64,000 bases of DNA from Pristiophorus japonicus (taxonomy: Eukaryota), in the NCBI RefSeq assembly GCF_044704955.1, contig NC_091988.1, positions 52,638,001 through 52,702,000 on the forward strand, read 5' to 3'. Numbering within the stretch: position 1 is the first letter of the stretch; each line of letters begins with the position of its first letter. The position numbers were made by a program, and so were the translations under genes. Under the pieces are notes generated by a model that was given only the letters and a program-made list of their open reading frames with translations, made no database searches and was not told the DNA's origin. Shown here in pieces: positions 13,354 to 27,036 of this stretch.

Positions 13354-15034
13354 CTTGAACCCGTGGAACGTTTTGTCTAAAATTTGCCAAGGAAAACCAA
13401 ACTGACTCAAATTAAATACAGTATTTCTGACTAATAAATCATCACACAGCAGATGAAAGGCTGGTTATATATATGCAAGAAATTAAAGCCACCGTGAAAG
13501 ACTCTTCAGTCTACCACTGGGCTGATGGCTTGCAAACAGATTGAAAATGCAGCAATTGAAATGAGCTCTTCGATATCATCCAGAAAGACCGGCGGGTCAA
13601 CAAGTATTCCTCAGCTGAAGTTTCAAGGCCATGATCTTGCTAAGTGATAGCAACATTAACATGAAGTGCCATTTAAAAATCCATCCAAAGCAGCAACAAT
13701 GTTTTTGTTTATTGCAGTAAAATCATCTATTTGCGGAGTAGTTTATCGCTTAGATCAAGTGGGCTTTCTTGTCAATAAGTCACTAGAAATTATAAGTACC
13801 AAGCCAGTTTACCAGCTTCCTTCACTGACTTGAGACCTGCTAGCTCTAAGGTGCCTATTACATCAGATCACCAGCGGCTGCAGGTTCTCCTGCCTTTTGT
13901 TTGTAGGCCAACCATTCCACTACTAAACCTTTGAGATCTTCAACATAATGCATAATACACTGAAACAATTATTTCCATTTTTGTTTGTCAGTGAATTTTT
14001 GTGCTCATCAAGGTAAAGGATGGGGAATGGAGCACTTTCTTATTGCAGGCATGCAGTATCAGCCTCATATACACAGATCAGATTTGGTCTGTTGCAGATC
14101 AAAGCTCCCTTTACTCCAACATTGCGCCCTAGTTCCAATTTATATACAGACCTTGTGACCTCTAAGCAACGTGTGCAATTTTATAGCAATTTAGGGGTCA
14201 TTTTGTGCTTCTGCCACTAAGAACGGGATTGGGACTGGTCAACTCATTTCACACAGTATCCTTACAATAGACTTTAGACAGGACTGGATTAAGACAGGTG
14301 AAAGGACAGTGTGTTAACCCACTCCACTACTTAAAAGTACTCACTATTTAAAAATTACCAGAACAAATTCAAGTCTGGAACTCTCATCAAACCAAAAGCA
14401 GGATCATCAAAAACATAATGGTAACAGCTCAGATTAAAACTGAAAACAAATTGCAAGCACAAGGAAAATCAGTAAATAATTCAGAAATAAAAACCGATTT
14501 AAAAAAAATCAGCAATGATGAGGCTACTGGACAAGAATTGTGAAGTGAAATGAAAGTTACAAATATCATTCATTATTCATCTTCCTTAAACCCATCCCAG
14601 ATTTCTCAGTTGTTATTGACAGGAACAATAAACCATTGGCCCTGCCCCATTATTTATCCAACTTACAAATAAGTAACCAAGTCACCATCAGAATACCTGA
14701 TTAGTTGATGCAGACACAAGATCAATTGTGTCAAAAGCCCAATTTACAATTGCAGCTCCCAATGCACCCTTTGCTGGTGCAGGGACCAGTAACACTGCTA
14801 GAACAGCACTGCTCTCCTTGTTTGAACCATTAGGTTTGAACATCTGAAATAAAGCCCTTTTTTAATCCAAATGCCCAGTGACAGTGGCACAAGACACCTC
14901 TGATTTCGAAATGCAGTGCATTGAGGAGGAGGAGGAGCAGCAGCTATAGGTTACAGTGGGTAGTCAGGGAGACAGCCAGTTGTTGCTAGGAGCCGCGCTC
15001 CCTCACATTTTCACCAGCACTTTGTTACATTTAC

Positions 15035-15350
15035 CTGAGCACAGGCTCCATCAGCAGCTTTACCACTGCCAGAGGCGGAGGGAAGGGGGGTGCCCGGCGT
15101 ACAGTCACGCACTCTGCTCGCACACAGCCATCCAGTAACCGTTTCACTCTCACTCGTTGATTATACCACATTGTTTCCCAAAGCAACCCAACACCAGAGA
15201 GAGGGCATCCTCCGGAACAGCCAACATTCAGCCATCGGGTACCCAATTCCCCCCCTCTCACTCCGGCCGGGTGGTAGAGCCCAGAATGAACGCGCGTCCT
15301 TTTCCGGCGCTTCGGACGAGCTCAAAATCGGTCGCAGAGGAGGGACGCCG
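15035..15350 (-). other. TADA3: Probable non-coding exon 1 of TADA3
   Basis: Minus-strand donor CAG|GTAAAT at 15035 inside the CpG-rich region. The 5' end is a guess. Confidence 0.5.
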
Positions 15351-16020
15351 ATAAAGAAATTGGCGCTTGAAAGTCTGCCGTAATTTTGGAACCCTAACGT
15401 ATTTGGTCAAAACTGTTAAAATGTAATATTTCCTTTGTATCGGAACATATAAATAACATTAAAATAGAAAATAATGTATGTTACAAGTACAACCTGCAAA
15501 TGTTCAGCCCATTTCATTGTGAGCATAGTACATTCCAGCCAGGGGGAGAGAGGAATGTTCAGAAAGGGAGAAATCTCAGAAAAACACATCGAAGGTAGGT
15601 CATTATACAGTTCGTTTTATAATACTACATCTTCACAGCGTAGAAATTGAACTACAACAATGAAAACGCAGTGAAATATTACTTCCGTGTATCTGTCCCC
15701 TCCTTCCTGGAGGGTGGAATGGTACATCCCACCAATGAGTTGGGAAGGGGAGAGGCTGACTGCGCGTGCGTACGAAACATTTCCGCCTTCCGGGGAGACA
15801 AGATGGTAACAAGTGGGGCTGGGGGGGAAAGGGCTGAGGGGTTGTGAGTCGGGGAGTTAGTGTGAGGATGGCAGGGCCGAGCATCCCACGACAGGGGATC
15901 TTGGGCGCCGTGTGAGGGTGTAGGTGGGGGTCAGGGTCAGCCGGGAGTAACGGGCCCGAGCGAGAGCAGGGCCCCACCCGTCACCCGAGGGCAGAGAGAG
16001 ATCCACACCCAACGCTTCCT
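15080..16020. promoter_or_regulatory. CpG-rich bidirectional promoter of TADA3/ARPC4
   Basis: Local CpG enrichment between divergent genes. ETS-like CTTCCG and TTCCGG sites, NRF1-like TGCGCGTGCG near 15761, YY1-like AAGATGG overlapping the ARPC4 ATG. Confidence 0.8.
15803..15805 (+). CDS. ARPC4: ARPC4 exon 1, ATG-only coding portion
   Basis: AAG ATG|GTAAC. An ATG-only first coding exon is the known ARPC4 structure. Confidence 0.85.
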
Positions 16021-16656
16021 GTCTGAGGCTGTCAACGGGCCAGGGCTGAAACTATTGGGATCTGGAATGCATCGGTCTCTGCTTCAGTATCTGATGCTCT
16101 ATTCCCCTGCATTACTTCAGCAGAGCCATGGATCCATGTCCTCTGCCGTCCCTGAGGCCTCTTCAGTAGTGATGGGATGTGGGTTGTGGGACTGTCTCTG
16201 GTTTTTAAATAGCTGGCACAGTTAATGCAACCGAACCTAATCCCTAATTGCGTCCTGTGATTCTTGCCTGATATATTGTGATTGGGGGCGAGGAACCCTA
16301 TTCCTTTTGCTGATTTAAGGATATCACTTTGCGATGATGCGCTTTGTCGTGGTGTTTGTGCTTTAATATCTGGCACTGTTAACTAATCTCGAGACCAAGT
16401 TTGTATTTTCTGTTTGAGAAGCTGCAATGGGGATAATACTTTGGCTTAATGCTCAGTTGATAGCTTACAATTCGTTTTCAGTTATTACTGTATTCACAGA
16501 ATAGAAAGAATATTAGGGTTGCAGTTGGCAAAACATTTTTATTAATGTTGAATTCTAGCAAATTGACTCTTGTGTCTTAAGTTCTTGGTGTAAAGTCACT
16601 TTGATGCCTGAGTGTCAGATAAGCTTCTACGTGAACCGTACACATGGATTTTATGG

Positions 16657-17510
16657 GTATAGTAGCGTAATGGTTACATTACGGGTATAGTAACCCAGAG
16701 GCCAGGACAAAAAAAATCCAGGGTATGTTCAAATCCCACCATGGTAGTTTGGGAATTTGAATTCAGTTTTAAAAAAAAAGTGTCTGGAAATAAATCTGGT
16801 ACTGGTAAAAGTGACATAACAACAACTTGTATTTATATCGTGACTTTACATAGTAAAACATCCCTAGGATGCTTCACAGGAGTGTTATAAGACAAAAAAA
16901 TTGACAGACACATAAGGAGAAATTAAGGCAGGTGGTTAAAAGCTTGGTCAAAGAAGTAGGTTTTAAGGAGCGTTTTAAAAGAGAAGTTGAGAAGTGGAGA
17001 GGTTTAGGCAAGGGATTCCAGGGCTTAGGGCCTAGGGAACAGAAGGCACAGCCACCAATGGTTGAGCGATTATAATCAGGGGTGCTTAAGAGGGCAGATA
17101 TCTTGGTGGGGGAGGTGTTGTGGGGCTGAAGGAAATTAAAGAGATGGGAAGGGGTGAGGCCATGGAGGTATTTGAAAACAAGGATGACAGTTTTGAAATC
17201 AAGGTGTTGCTTAACCGGGAGCCAATGTAGGTCAGCGAGCACAGGAGTGATGGATGACCTGAAGTTTACATAGAGTAGAATGTGGGAGGCAAGTCAGGAA
17301 TACGTTGGAATAGTCAAGTCTAGAGGAGTGGGTTGGAATTGTAAAGTCTAAAAGTCATTAAAAAACACAATTGGTTTACTAATGTCTTTTGGGGAAGGAA
17401 ATCTTCCGTCCTTACCCTTATGTGACTCCAATTCTACGCCAATGTGGTTGACTCTTAACTGCCCTCAGATGGCCTTGGGGTGGGCAATAATCGCCCACGT
17501 CCCAAGAAGG
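16657..17510 (+). mobile_element. tRNA-derived SINE of a second family, split by a minus-strand L2 fragment (about 16820-17330)
   Basis: TAGCGTAATGG A box and GTTCAAATCC B box. The body resumes near 17335 and resembles 39120-39330. The insert encodes an L2-type LHWLPV peptide. Confidence 0.6.
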
Positions 17511-18163
17511 AAACAAAATTATCGTTTAATGTATCAAAGCTAGCATTATAAGGGAACAAACTATATACGGTCCAGAGGTGGTATTAGGGTATAGTGTAGT
17601 CAAGGTTTTAAGGTTTTCTCCCACAGTGTCCTGCGTGTACAACTATATGCGCATTGTTTGTCTTGCTGATCACTGAAAGGTGTTTTGTGACAAATGGGTT
17701 TAATGTCCCGGTGTGGCATCGTTTGCATTCTGGATATCTGCACCTAGTTTTCAAGTAGGCTCTTGTCCTTTCACCTTGTTATTGATCACCTATGAACAAA
17801 TCTTTCCACCATTATTCATTGTTAAAGTGCTCTAACTAGATGCTTTATCAATTCCTTTTAGTTTCTATACTGTCCAGTCACTTGTCTTGTTTGGTTTATC
17901 TATTTTCGTCTTAACTCACTGCCTACCTGCCCATTAGCTAGAGGGAGGGGGTGAAATGATCAAGGCTACTGAATTGAGAGCTGTCACATTAATGATACTA
18001 CACGTCTGCCAACAAGAAATGCATTCTGTGTAGTGAAATAGATTTTAACATCAGATTATAATTGGGTATTTCCAACATAGACACAGTCTCTTAGAGGTGT
18101 AATCGCTCCAAAAGATTTTCTAAGCTTTATTATTTTGACTTTGTTTTTCTCTCCTTTCAAAAG

Positions 18164-18279
18164 GCGACCCTCCGTCCGTACCTGAATGCAGTGCGTGCCA
18201 CGCTTCAAGCAGCACTGTGCCTGGAAAACTTCTCGTCGCAGGTGGTGGAGCGTCACAATAAACCAGAGGTGGAAGTGAG
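18164..18279 (+). CDS. ARPC4: ARPC4 exon 2 ([39 protein letters not shown])
   Basis: Polypyrimidine tract plus AAG acceptor, GT donor. Peptide nearly identical to the Arp2/3 p20 subunit. Confidence 0.96.
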
Positions 18280-19107
18280 GTAGGAGACATTTGGTTTGTA
18301 AATATGGAAGATTGCTTTTCAGTTTTCTCAGATGAAGCACCTGTCTGGGGGGGGAAAAGCAATCTGCAGTGCGATTGTCTATTTTTAATGATAAATATGA
18401 GTAAAGTTTCTTTGAATTTTGTCTGTTTGAGCTGGTAAGTACTGCAAAAAGATGGATTTGAACAATAATGGAGTCAAGGGTTATGGGGAGCGGGCAGGGA
18501 TGTGGAGTTGCAGCCAAGATCAAATCAACCATGATTGAATAGCGGAGCAGGCTCGAGGGGCCAGATGGCCTATCCTGCTCCTATTTCTTATGTTCTAAAA
18601 GCTGTGTATCCCTGCGATATGACGTTGAGATGATTGACAGCAATGTATTTAACCAAGTATCCAGCTCGAGCGTGCTGTGGCAAAGGACTAGAAGCCGATT
18701 ATCTGCATGCACCTTTTGAGAATAGTATGTGTGGGGATTTTTTAGTGAAATTTTGATACTATGGTACCTTCTGGCAGGAATGGTGGTGCCTGTTGTATTT
18801 CCACTGAGTGGTACAGCACTGATCTACCTCATCACAGCTGTACTGTGGGGTAATTTCTGAGGCACATCCCTTTGATGAGAGATCGGAAATTAAGTGGAAA
18901 GCTGAGTCTTGCAAACTGCTTTGTTGAAAGCTTGGGAATGCTGCAGACAGAGATCTGGGAACAGATTACTTGCATGCACCCTTTGAAAAGATTTTTTCGC
19001 ATCAACACCCTCAAAAAACAAACGGGTACAAATAATTGGTGGAGAGCCTAGGATGCATTCTGATTACTGGATCGTAATGGACAACTTTTTTTCTTGGCCA
19101 ATAACAG

Positions 19108-19219
19108 GAGCAGTAAAGAGCTGCTGTTGCAGCCTTTGATCATCAGCAGGAATGAGAAGGAGAAGGTCCTCATTGAAGGCTCAATAAACTCTGTACGAGT
19201 CAGCATTGCAATCAAACAG
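19108..19219 (+). CDS. ARPC4: ARPC4 exon 3 (SSKELLLQP...[13 protein letters not shown])
   Basis: CAG/GT boundaries, 112 bp. Confidence 0.96.
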
Positions 19220-19504
19220 GTCGGTATCTAGTCTGACTTTGTTTGTACATACTTGTCATTAGTAAGGCCTGGGTGTTGTGTTAGGTTATGACACTTTCCA
19301 TTCACCTCGGAGCAGGGTTCCAAACCAGCTGAGATGGAGTGGGTGAGGATTAACAGGGGCAAGTGGAAATTAAATCTTTCTTGCTCCCGCAGGCAAATAG
19401 TCAACCAGACTCTAATGACGATGTTCGATTTGATGTCCTGGAGATTTTTATCTGGTTTCCTTTAGGGTTGGGGAGAAATTTCTGTGTTTTCTCTTGGAAA
19501 TATT

Positions 19505-20384
19505 GGGCCCAATTATCTGCGCCGTTTTTTTGGGGGAGTAAATTAAAATCTCTAAGTTTCCCCAAAGTTTCTGCACTAGCGTAATTCACTTAGGTAGGAT
19601 TCTTTTAGGCTACGATTTCTTTTTACCTCATTGAGGGCGTAACCTGCCACCCGTGCCAATTCTGGCCATTTAAGCAAGTTTGGCCAGCTCTGATTTACTC
19701 CAATTTTTCTTAAGACGGCGTATGTGACCGCTCTGGAAAAACCTTCTGGGCAGTTAACAAAATTAGCAGAGGTAAGAGAATCAGCGCAGAAGATCCAGTT
19801 CCATGGCTGGGAGAGGAGAGGAGAGGAGAGGAGAGGAGAGGAGAGGAGAGGAGAGGAGAGGAGAGGAGAGGAGAGGAGAGGAAGGCCTTTTGGCCAGGGT
19901 TAGGAGCGGCACAGGGAGGAGGGAGGCCTTTTGGCCAGGGTTAGGAGCGTCACTGGGAGGAGGGAGGCCTTTTGGCCAGGGTTAGGAGCGTCACTGGGAG
20001 GAAGGAAGCCTTTTGGCCAGGGTTAGGATCAGCACTAGGGTGGGGGGGGGGGGGGGGAATAGACTTTTGTCATAAACTGTTTAATAATTTCATGCTGGCA
20101 AGCTGCTGCAATGTGCTTGTGCAGGTTGCTGTGAGCTGGCCAGAATGTCTTGTATGTTTCACTTTCCAGCCTCAGCCCACAGTGTGTCCCTCGTTACTCT
20201 GCAACCCGATCTTTTTGGCGCCGATCTTAGACTCCACCCCAAAACTAAAGGACAGGCTACGTGGTGCCAAAATCAACAATTCAAACAGGGAAAGGTGGAT
20301 TTTTTTTTGCCATAGTTGGGCCCCCAAAAAACAGGCATTACTCTTCAAGTATGCCAAAAAATGACTTTGGGGAAAATTGAGCCC
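19505..20384. mobile_element. PIF/Harbinger-type non-autonomous element
   Basis: Imperfect TIRs GGGCCCAATT.../...AATTGAGCCC and 3-bp TSD ATT. Confidence 0.75.
19810..20040. repeat. (GAGAG)n microsatellite followed by four copies of a ~42-bp tandem repeat
   Basis: Seen directly. Core unit ggccttttggccagggttaggagcg. Confidence 0.92.
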
Positions 20385-21464
20385 ATTAGCTGTGACTTTT
20401 CCTCGTTCAGATTGAAAAGCAGGTTCCTTGATGATCCAAATGTTATGCTGGAAGCAATAGGCACCATGTTTCTTTCTTCTCATTCCACACTACTCTTAAA
20501 TGTTTGGAATTCCTCTATGTTCTCCCCCCCCCCCCCCCCCCCACGAAACTCTCCTTTCACTTTTATTTCACCTTGACAAGCCATAATCACCTGTGCTGAG
20601 GAGGAGGATGAAACTGCTCCAGGCCGCTGTCAATGCCACTGTTCAGTCACACAACATCAAATCTTACATTTTTCAGTCCTGACCCCAGTCATGTCCATAC
20701 AACAATGCATGATCTCATCTAAACAAAAAGAAAAAAACTGCAAATGCCAACATTCTGAAGCAAAAATAGATAATGGTGGAAATACCTGCTGGGTCACTCG
20801 GCCACTACAAAGGAAAAAGACGGATTAACAATTTGAATATAACTCTCTAGCAGAATGTTGATTAAAGTTTAAGCCTGAAATGTTAACCCGTCTCATATCT
20901 TTACAGAGGCTGACCGACTTGCTGTGTATTTCTAGTATTTTTTGATTTAATTCCATGACCACATCAGTCCTGATACTTAGCCGTATAACCTCTGATGGGA
21001 AGTAGCAGCTCAGCGATGATTCTCTCTCTGATCTCCCCTATTCCTCGTACTCGGGCATCCCTATGTAGCAACATGGCAGATGTTAGAAACTCAGTATGGT
21101 TTTGGCTGGGGTTGAACCTGCATCTTCACTCTAGCGCTACACGTTGGTGCTCCAGCTGCTTATTAATTTTACTGATGCTTCCATTTTGAGCAGCAGTCAA
21201 TATTTGTATAAAAAAAAGTGAATGTTCGTATTTTCTTTGCCACATTTTAACTCAACAGATTTTGATTGTTTGGGTAGTTCTTCCCTTTTTAAACCCCCCC
21301 AAAATAGCTTTCAATGGCATATTGGCAATTCTGCATGTGCTACTCGTGTGTTTTCAGCAGCCCTCAAAAGTATTCATGTTTTAAAGGCATCCCTGTAACT
21401 CCATTCATCAGCTGTAGCCTGGTTAGAGTTTGCACCTGTTAAAGTTCCATCTTGTTAATTTCAG

Positions 21465-21560
21465 GCGGATGAGATTGAAAAGATCCTGTGTCATAAATTC
21501 ATGAGGTTTATGATGATGCGAGCAGAGAATTTCTTCATCCTCCGGAGAAAAGCTGTTGAG
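21465..21560 (+). CDS. ARPC4: ARPC4 exon 4 ([32 protein letters not shown])
   Basis: CAG/GT boundaries, 96 bp. Confidence 0.97.
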
Positions 21561-22579
21561 GTAATGGCACTGCCCAGAACTTGCACTTCAGTTAAAGTAT
21601 TAACTTTCTTTTCGGTAGTACGTGTCGGCTAAACAGAGTGTTAAGGTCCTGAGTCCAGTTGGAGTTTGTTGACCTGCAGATTCTCTGTGTTTGTTTTTTC
21701 CCCAACTGTTCTCACTTCCTCCTTCCTTGAAGGCAGTGACTTTATTCTGTGTACGTTTCAGGAGGTGGGAATGTTGGATGCAGTGTAGCATGTACTGTGC
21801 TGCTGTACCCATGGTCAAAAACTAGAAGTTTATCCAGAACATTACGTGAGCACTGTGCATCCCATCACTAACAGGTCCTCTTTCTCCTACCCCTGTCCTA
21901 TACTACAAAAATTGATTTCCTTTTATTGACGGCTTTCCAGGAGCCCCTGGTGATGTGCTAGACTTTCTATGTGAGGGAGTGGGAAGGCATGCATCAATAG
22001 CATTCTGTATCCCATGGTCTACATGAGATTTGAGCATCATTCCGGGCCTAGCCCATGTCCTACCACTCGATGGTACACTATGAAAGCTTATCAGTGAGAT
22101 TTCAACTGTAGACACTGCAGCTTTAAGGATTGCAGTGTCTCAGTGGGATTTTAGAATGTTGTCTTTATGTACTCCACATTTGCAAGTGATAAATACTGAA
22201 GATTAGTTTGCCTTTTTTTTTAGCATGTAGAGTGAAGTTTTTCTTATTGAAAGGGACTGGGTTACGCAGTGTGTTGGCATGCCAATTTAAAAAAATTTAT
22301 TTATGGGATGAAGTCTCCTCTTGAGCACAAACTTCACCAGACTTTTACAAGGAAGTGTGATTAATGCCAGAAATGTATCTGATAGGAACTTCCCAGAACT
22401 CCGCTCAGATTTAGTGTTCAGATTGTATGAAAATACACTTGGGGAAGTAACAGTCATTCATATTGGTTTGAAATTAGGTATGTTTCTTGTCCTCTTTGAA
22501 TTGCTGGAGATAATTGAACATATTAGTGACTGTCATAAATGAGGCTCACCATTGCCTGCTTGGTTTCCTCTCTTGGCAG

Positions 22580-22750
22580 GGCTATGACATCAGTTTCCTG
22601 ATCACCAACTTCCACACTGAACAAATGTACAAACACAAACTGGTTGACTTTGTCATCCACTTCATGGAGGAGATTGACAAGGAAGTCAGTGAAATGAAGC
22701 TGTCATTAAACGCCAGAGCTCGCATCGTCGCAGAGGAGTTCCTCAAAAAT
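22580..22750 (+). CDS. ARPC4: ARPC4 exon 5 ([12 protein letters not shown]...AEEFLKN)
   Basis: CAG/GTAAG boundaries, 171 bp. Confidence 0.97.
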
Positions 22751-23448
22751 GTAAGTCTTTCCTCGCTTTCACAAAAATCAGGAAGTTAGTAATACAGTGG
22801 TCAGCTGCTCACGATGAATGTGTGTTGCTCAACTTATCGAAGAGCTTGCAAATTGCACCCCAAGCAATGTTCCCTATAGGCTGAACTATGTTCATTACGC
22901 GGTCCCTTTAAATTTCTGCGCACCCGCGGTATTTCCAATGTTAATAGCTTGAGTAGCCTGCTCGGGACCTTCCAGATTACTGCACGAACGCAGCGTAGAG
23001 GGAATATTGACATCAAGTACTTTACCGTGTGAAGTTGCTGGGTCTGTCGGCATTGCATAAATTATCTCGGTTCACTATTTTCTGTGCCAGCTTTATTTCA
23101 CTGTCAGTGATTTTTGCTTCTCGGTAGATGAGTTCCTCAAATGTGTTTGACTTCTCCTTTAGATGGGGCGGGTTCTTAAGCTTCACTGCTTTTATGTAGT
23201 GGAGTGACTGTTAAAAGGGAAGTGTCCTGAAATAGCCCACTGACTCTTCCCCTGTTTTCTTTTATTTGTTTTCTGGATGTGGACTTCACTGGCAAGGCTG
23301 CATTTATTGCCTATCTTCAGTTACACTGAGAAGATGGTGATGGACCTTATTGTGCCACTGCAGTCCTTGGGATGATGGTGCTCCCACAACAATGTTAGGT
23401 CGGGAATTCCAGGATATTGACCCAGCGATGTTGAATGAATGACAGTAT

Positions 23449-24282
23449 GGGCCAAAATTTCCCCAGGAGTTGCCCCACTTTTTTTGGAGCAAGTAGTTTT
23501 TTTGGAGTAACTTAAAAATCGCAAATTTCCCTATTTAACTACTTGACCAACATCCTGCCATTTCTTTTTGCACTGGCTTCCAGATCTTGCGGTATTCACC
23601 CCTGCGGAGTATTCTTCTGCAACTAGGTTTCATCGTCTTCTCATTTCTTTGGGTGGAACTTTTGTGGGACCACTCTTACTGATATCCAGCTCCTGCCATC
23701 TGTCCTCAATGACAGTGACTAGTTTCTCCACTTCTTCATGCAAGAAGTTCTTCGTTCTTGTTGCATGCTCTTGCGTCATTGGTGTATCGGATTCACACTC
23801 GGGTAATGTTGAAAAAACACAGTTCTCACCTTGCATGCACCTATGCAGCACTCCTTCCACTCCCTCAGCCACCCAAAAATCAATATTAACACCTTACCTT
23901 CCAATATGGTCCACTGCCAATGCTGCTGATGCACTGAGGACACTCTTCCTTTAAATGGTGGATTGCCAAGGTTCCTGGCCCATTGCGCATGCGCACAAGC
24001 TTCAACGCGCATTGTGCATGCGCGCACACACAAACGGACATGCGTCCCCCTGCCAGCACTCAGTCACGCTGGGCCCAAGACCCGCCCCCCTTGCTGGCTG
24101 CGCTGAGCAAGCGCGACCCAAGCTCTGCCCCCCCGCAGGTTTCGCAGCGCCACACCACGGGACCACAGTGATCCAGGAGCGGGAAAATTATCCCGGTAAG
24201 TTTTTGGCGCGTTTTCTCCACCATGAAATCGGCGCTTCACGTCTAACTACGTCGCTCTAAGCGGTTGGGGAAATTTGGGCTC
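23449..24282 (-). mobile_element. PIF/Harbinger deletion derivative with a Myb/SANT-like ORF remnant
   Basis: TIRs GGGCCAAAATTTCCCC / GGGGAAATTTGGGCTC and TSD TAT. Minus-strand peptide RTKNFLHEEVEKLV...RSGSQCKKKWQD. Confidence 0.8.
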
Positions 24283-24289
24283 TATATGT

Positions 24290-24870
24290 CGAATAAAAAC
24301 TAGCCGACGGGTACAAAAAAATAATTGAAAAGGTTAATGTTAACTTTCATCTCAAGGGGGCTGGAACACAAAGGGATGGAAGTAATTCTGCAGTTGTATA
24401 AAGCTCTAGTTAGACCGTTTCTGAAGTACTGTGTTCAGTTCTGGGCACCGCACCTCAGGAAGGATATATTGGCCTTGCAGGAAGTGCAGCTCAGATTCAC
24501 AGAATGATACCGGGCTAAAAGGGTTCAATTATGAGGAAAGGTTGCATAGACTTGGCTTGTATTCCCTCGAGTACAGAGGATTAAGGGGTGATATAATTGA
24601 GGTGTGTAAGATGATTGAAGGATTTGATAGGGTAGATAGAGAGAAACTATTTCCTCTGGTGGGAGTCTAGAACAAGGGAGAATAACCTTAAAATTAAAGC
24701 TAGGCCATTCAGAGGTTATGTCAGGAAGCACTTCTTCACAAGAGTAGTGGAAATCTGGAACTCAAAAAGCTGGATGTTAGATCAACTGAAAATTTCAAAA
24801 CTGAGATACAGATCTGAGAATTAGATAGCAGAACAGCCTTGAATGGTCTACTCTTGTTCCTATGTCCAAG
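24290..24870 (+). mobile_element. Degenerate CR1 3' fragment
   Basis: LYKALVRP...YCVQFWAP and RGDIIEV motifs. Confidence 0.85.
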
Positions 24871-26548
24871 CTAGGGTGGTGTGTGACTTGAAGATGATGG
24901 TGTTCTCATGACGTTGCTGCTATTGTCTTTCTCGCTGATCAAAGCAAAGTTTGGTGAATTGTTGCAGTGCATCCTGTAGATAGTCCATATTGCAGCCACA
25001 GCGCACCAGTGGTGAAGGGGATGGATATAGTGGTCAGGACTAATTCAGCAAACTGCTTTGCTTTGTCTTGGATGGTGTTGAGCTTCTTGATTGGTATTGA
25101 CAAATTCAGCCAAGTGGTGAGTATTTCATTATTCTCCTGACTTTGTAGCTGGCAGAGAGGCATGGATGAGGCAGGTGAGCCACCTCTTGCAGAGTACCCA
25201 GCCTCTGCCCTGCTCTTGTAGCCATGGTGTTAATATGGCTGGTCCAGTTAACCTTCTCATCAATGGTGTTAAGTAGCTGAGTAAGGCTAGAATGAACTGT
25301 GTGACTAATGATGTCACTCACTTAAGAACTGCATATACATCTTTGGTATGGATGTACAGGGTAGTTTAGAGATGGGGAAAGGGGGAGAAAGTGAATTTTA
25401 TACAGTTTAAAATTAATATCAAGGTATAAAACTGAGGTATAGTATAAATAGCATAACCAACAAATGGTGTCACAAGAAGCAAGTGTGACAAACAGGAAGT
25501 GCATGTTAGACACAAGACTTTTACTATTAGCAGATCTCCCAATGCATTGCTCATAAGTTGTAGAATATCTTGCTTCTCTGTTATCTGTGTTTCCCAGTGC
25601 ATGTATTTTTTTTTTCTTCTATTTCTGTTGTCTCTGATTTTTCCTTTCGCGTCACTGAATTTGTCATGCTTGTATTGCTGTCATGTTGTTTTCTTTCTCT
25701 TCATTTGTGTTATCTTCAGTTTTTCTTTTTGAGGTGACGGATGGAAGATATAGTAGCTAGAGGGAGGGATCCAGATAGGGCTGCGAGGATATTTTGGGTT
25801 GAGGGACGGATGTGGCCAGGGCTTTTGATAGCAGCAGGATGCAACGAGAAGCGAGTTTTGGTCTAACCAGCTTTGTCCCAGCTTGCTCCACCAGTCGCAC
25901 ACCCTCTTCACCCTGTCACCTCCTGTTCTACATACAAAATCCTCCTCAACCCCATCTCCATTTTCAGCAGTGCTGGTGTATATTGTTTCTTCTTTGCATC
26001 TCATCACTTTGTGCTCTCCCGTCCACTGCTGTGTATTCCCTGATTCACATCTTACTGTGGTGCTCCCCTTGCTCCATCTCTCGCCAGTTCCCCTCCACCT
26101 CTTACTCCATTCCTCTCTAGCTGTCATTTTCTGCTGCCCTTTTCCATCCCTATCATCCTCTCTGCCTTCCCTCATCCTTTCCCTCAATCCCTTGGTTCCT
26201 CTCTCATTCTTTTGTCCCTCCGTCTCCCTCGTTCCTTCCCCCTTGGCCTCCCCCCCCCCCCCCCCATAGTCTTCGTTTTTTTTTCTCTCCATACATTGAA
26301 GTCTCCATTCCCATGCTTCATTTGTTGCCCCTTCCTTCTTCCCTATTGGCTTCCCGCTTTGTCTTCTCGGTTTACTGCATGCTTGCTCCGCGCTGACAGC
26401 TCCTTATGTAGTCAAATTTCTTTGAAGGGGGAGAGGTACTCCAGGATATAGAATGCCAGGAGTTTGTGGGTTCCACCTGTAGCGAATTCCTGTTCTCAGC
26501 TGTACCTCTCTAGAGGAAAAAACAGTTACCTTTTTCCCCCTTCTATGT

Positions 26549-26690
26549 GTCAGTCGTGGCTCAGTTGGTAGCACTCTCGCTCTAAGAAGGTTGTGGGTTG
26601 CTCCAGAGACTTGAGCACAAAAATCTAGGCTGAAACTCCAGTGCAGTGCTGAGGGAGTGCTGCAATGTCGAAGGTGCTGTCTTTTTTTTT
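26549..26690 (+). mobile_element. SacSINE1-like 5' fragment
   Basis: GTCAGTCGTGGCTCAGTTGGTAGCACTCTCG head. Confidence 0.75.
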
Positions 26691-27030
26691 CTGGCACAGG
26701 CATGATGGGCTGAATGGCCTCCTTCTGGGCTGTAAATTTTTCAGATTTTCATGGCAGGCTAAAGAGTGGTATTTGCAGAGTCTTGGTTTGCACATCAACT
26801 GCATGTAGTTTGGGACCCTCTACCTGACTTGAAATATTAAGTTTCGTTGTTTTCATGATCTAGAGGTATAAGAGAGTTCCCTTAATGAGTAGAAAATTTA
26901 TTATAAACCAGGTGTGTGGCAAATAAAAGTGGCAGTACCTGATACTGAAAGTACTTTCCCACCAAGCATTCTTCCCCTGTAACTAAAAGCATGCTGAATG
27001 TGATAACAATCTTTATTTTTATTTTTGCAG

Positions 27031-27036
27031 TTCTGA
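27031..27036 (+). CDS. ARPC4: ARPC4 last exon (Phe, stop); total protein 167 aa
   Basis: Strong acceptor ttttttgcag|TTC TGA, giving the known ...KNF* end. Confidence 0.88.
   Translation, partial: F

Noticed and set aside
19881-20040. CRISPR-like repeat array
   Set aside because: These are tandem ~42-bp units without unique spacers, inside a eukaryotic MITE.
25681-26292. 203-aa minus-strand ORF
   Set aside because: It comes from pyrimidine-rich low-complexity intronic sequence and has no recognisable domain or splice support.
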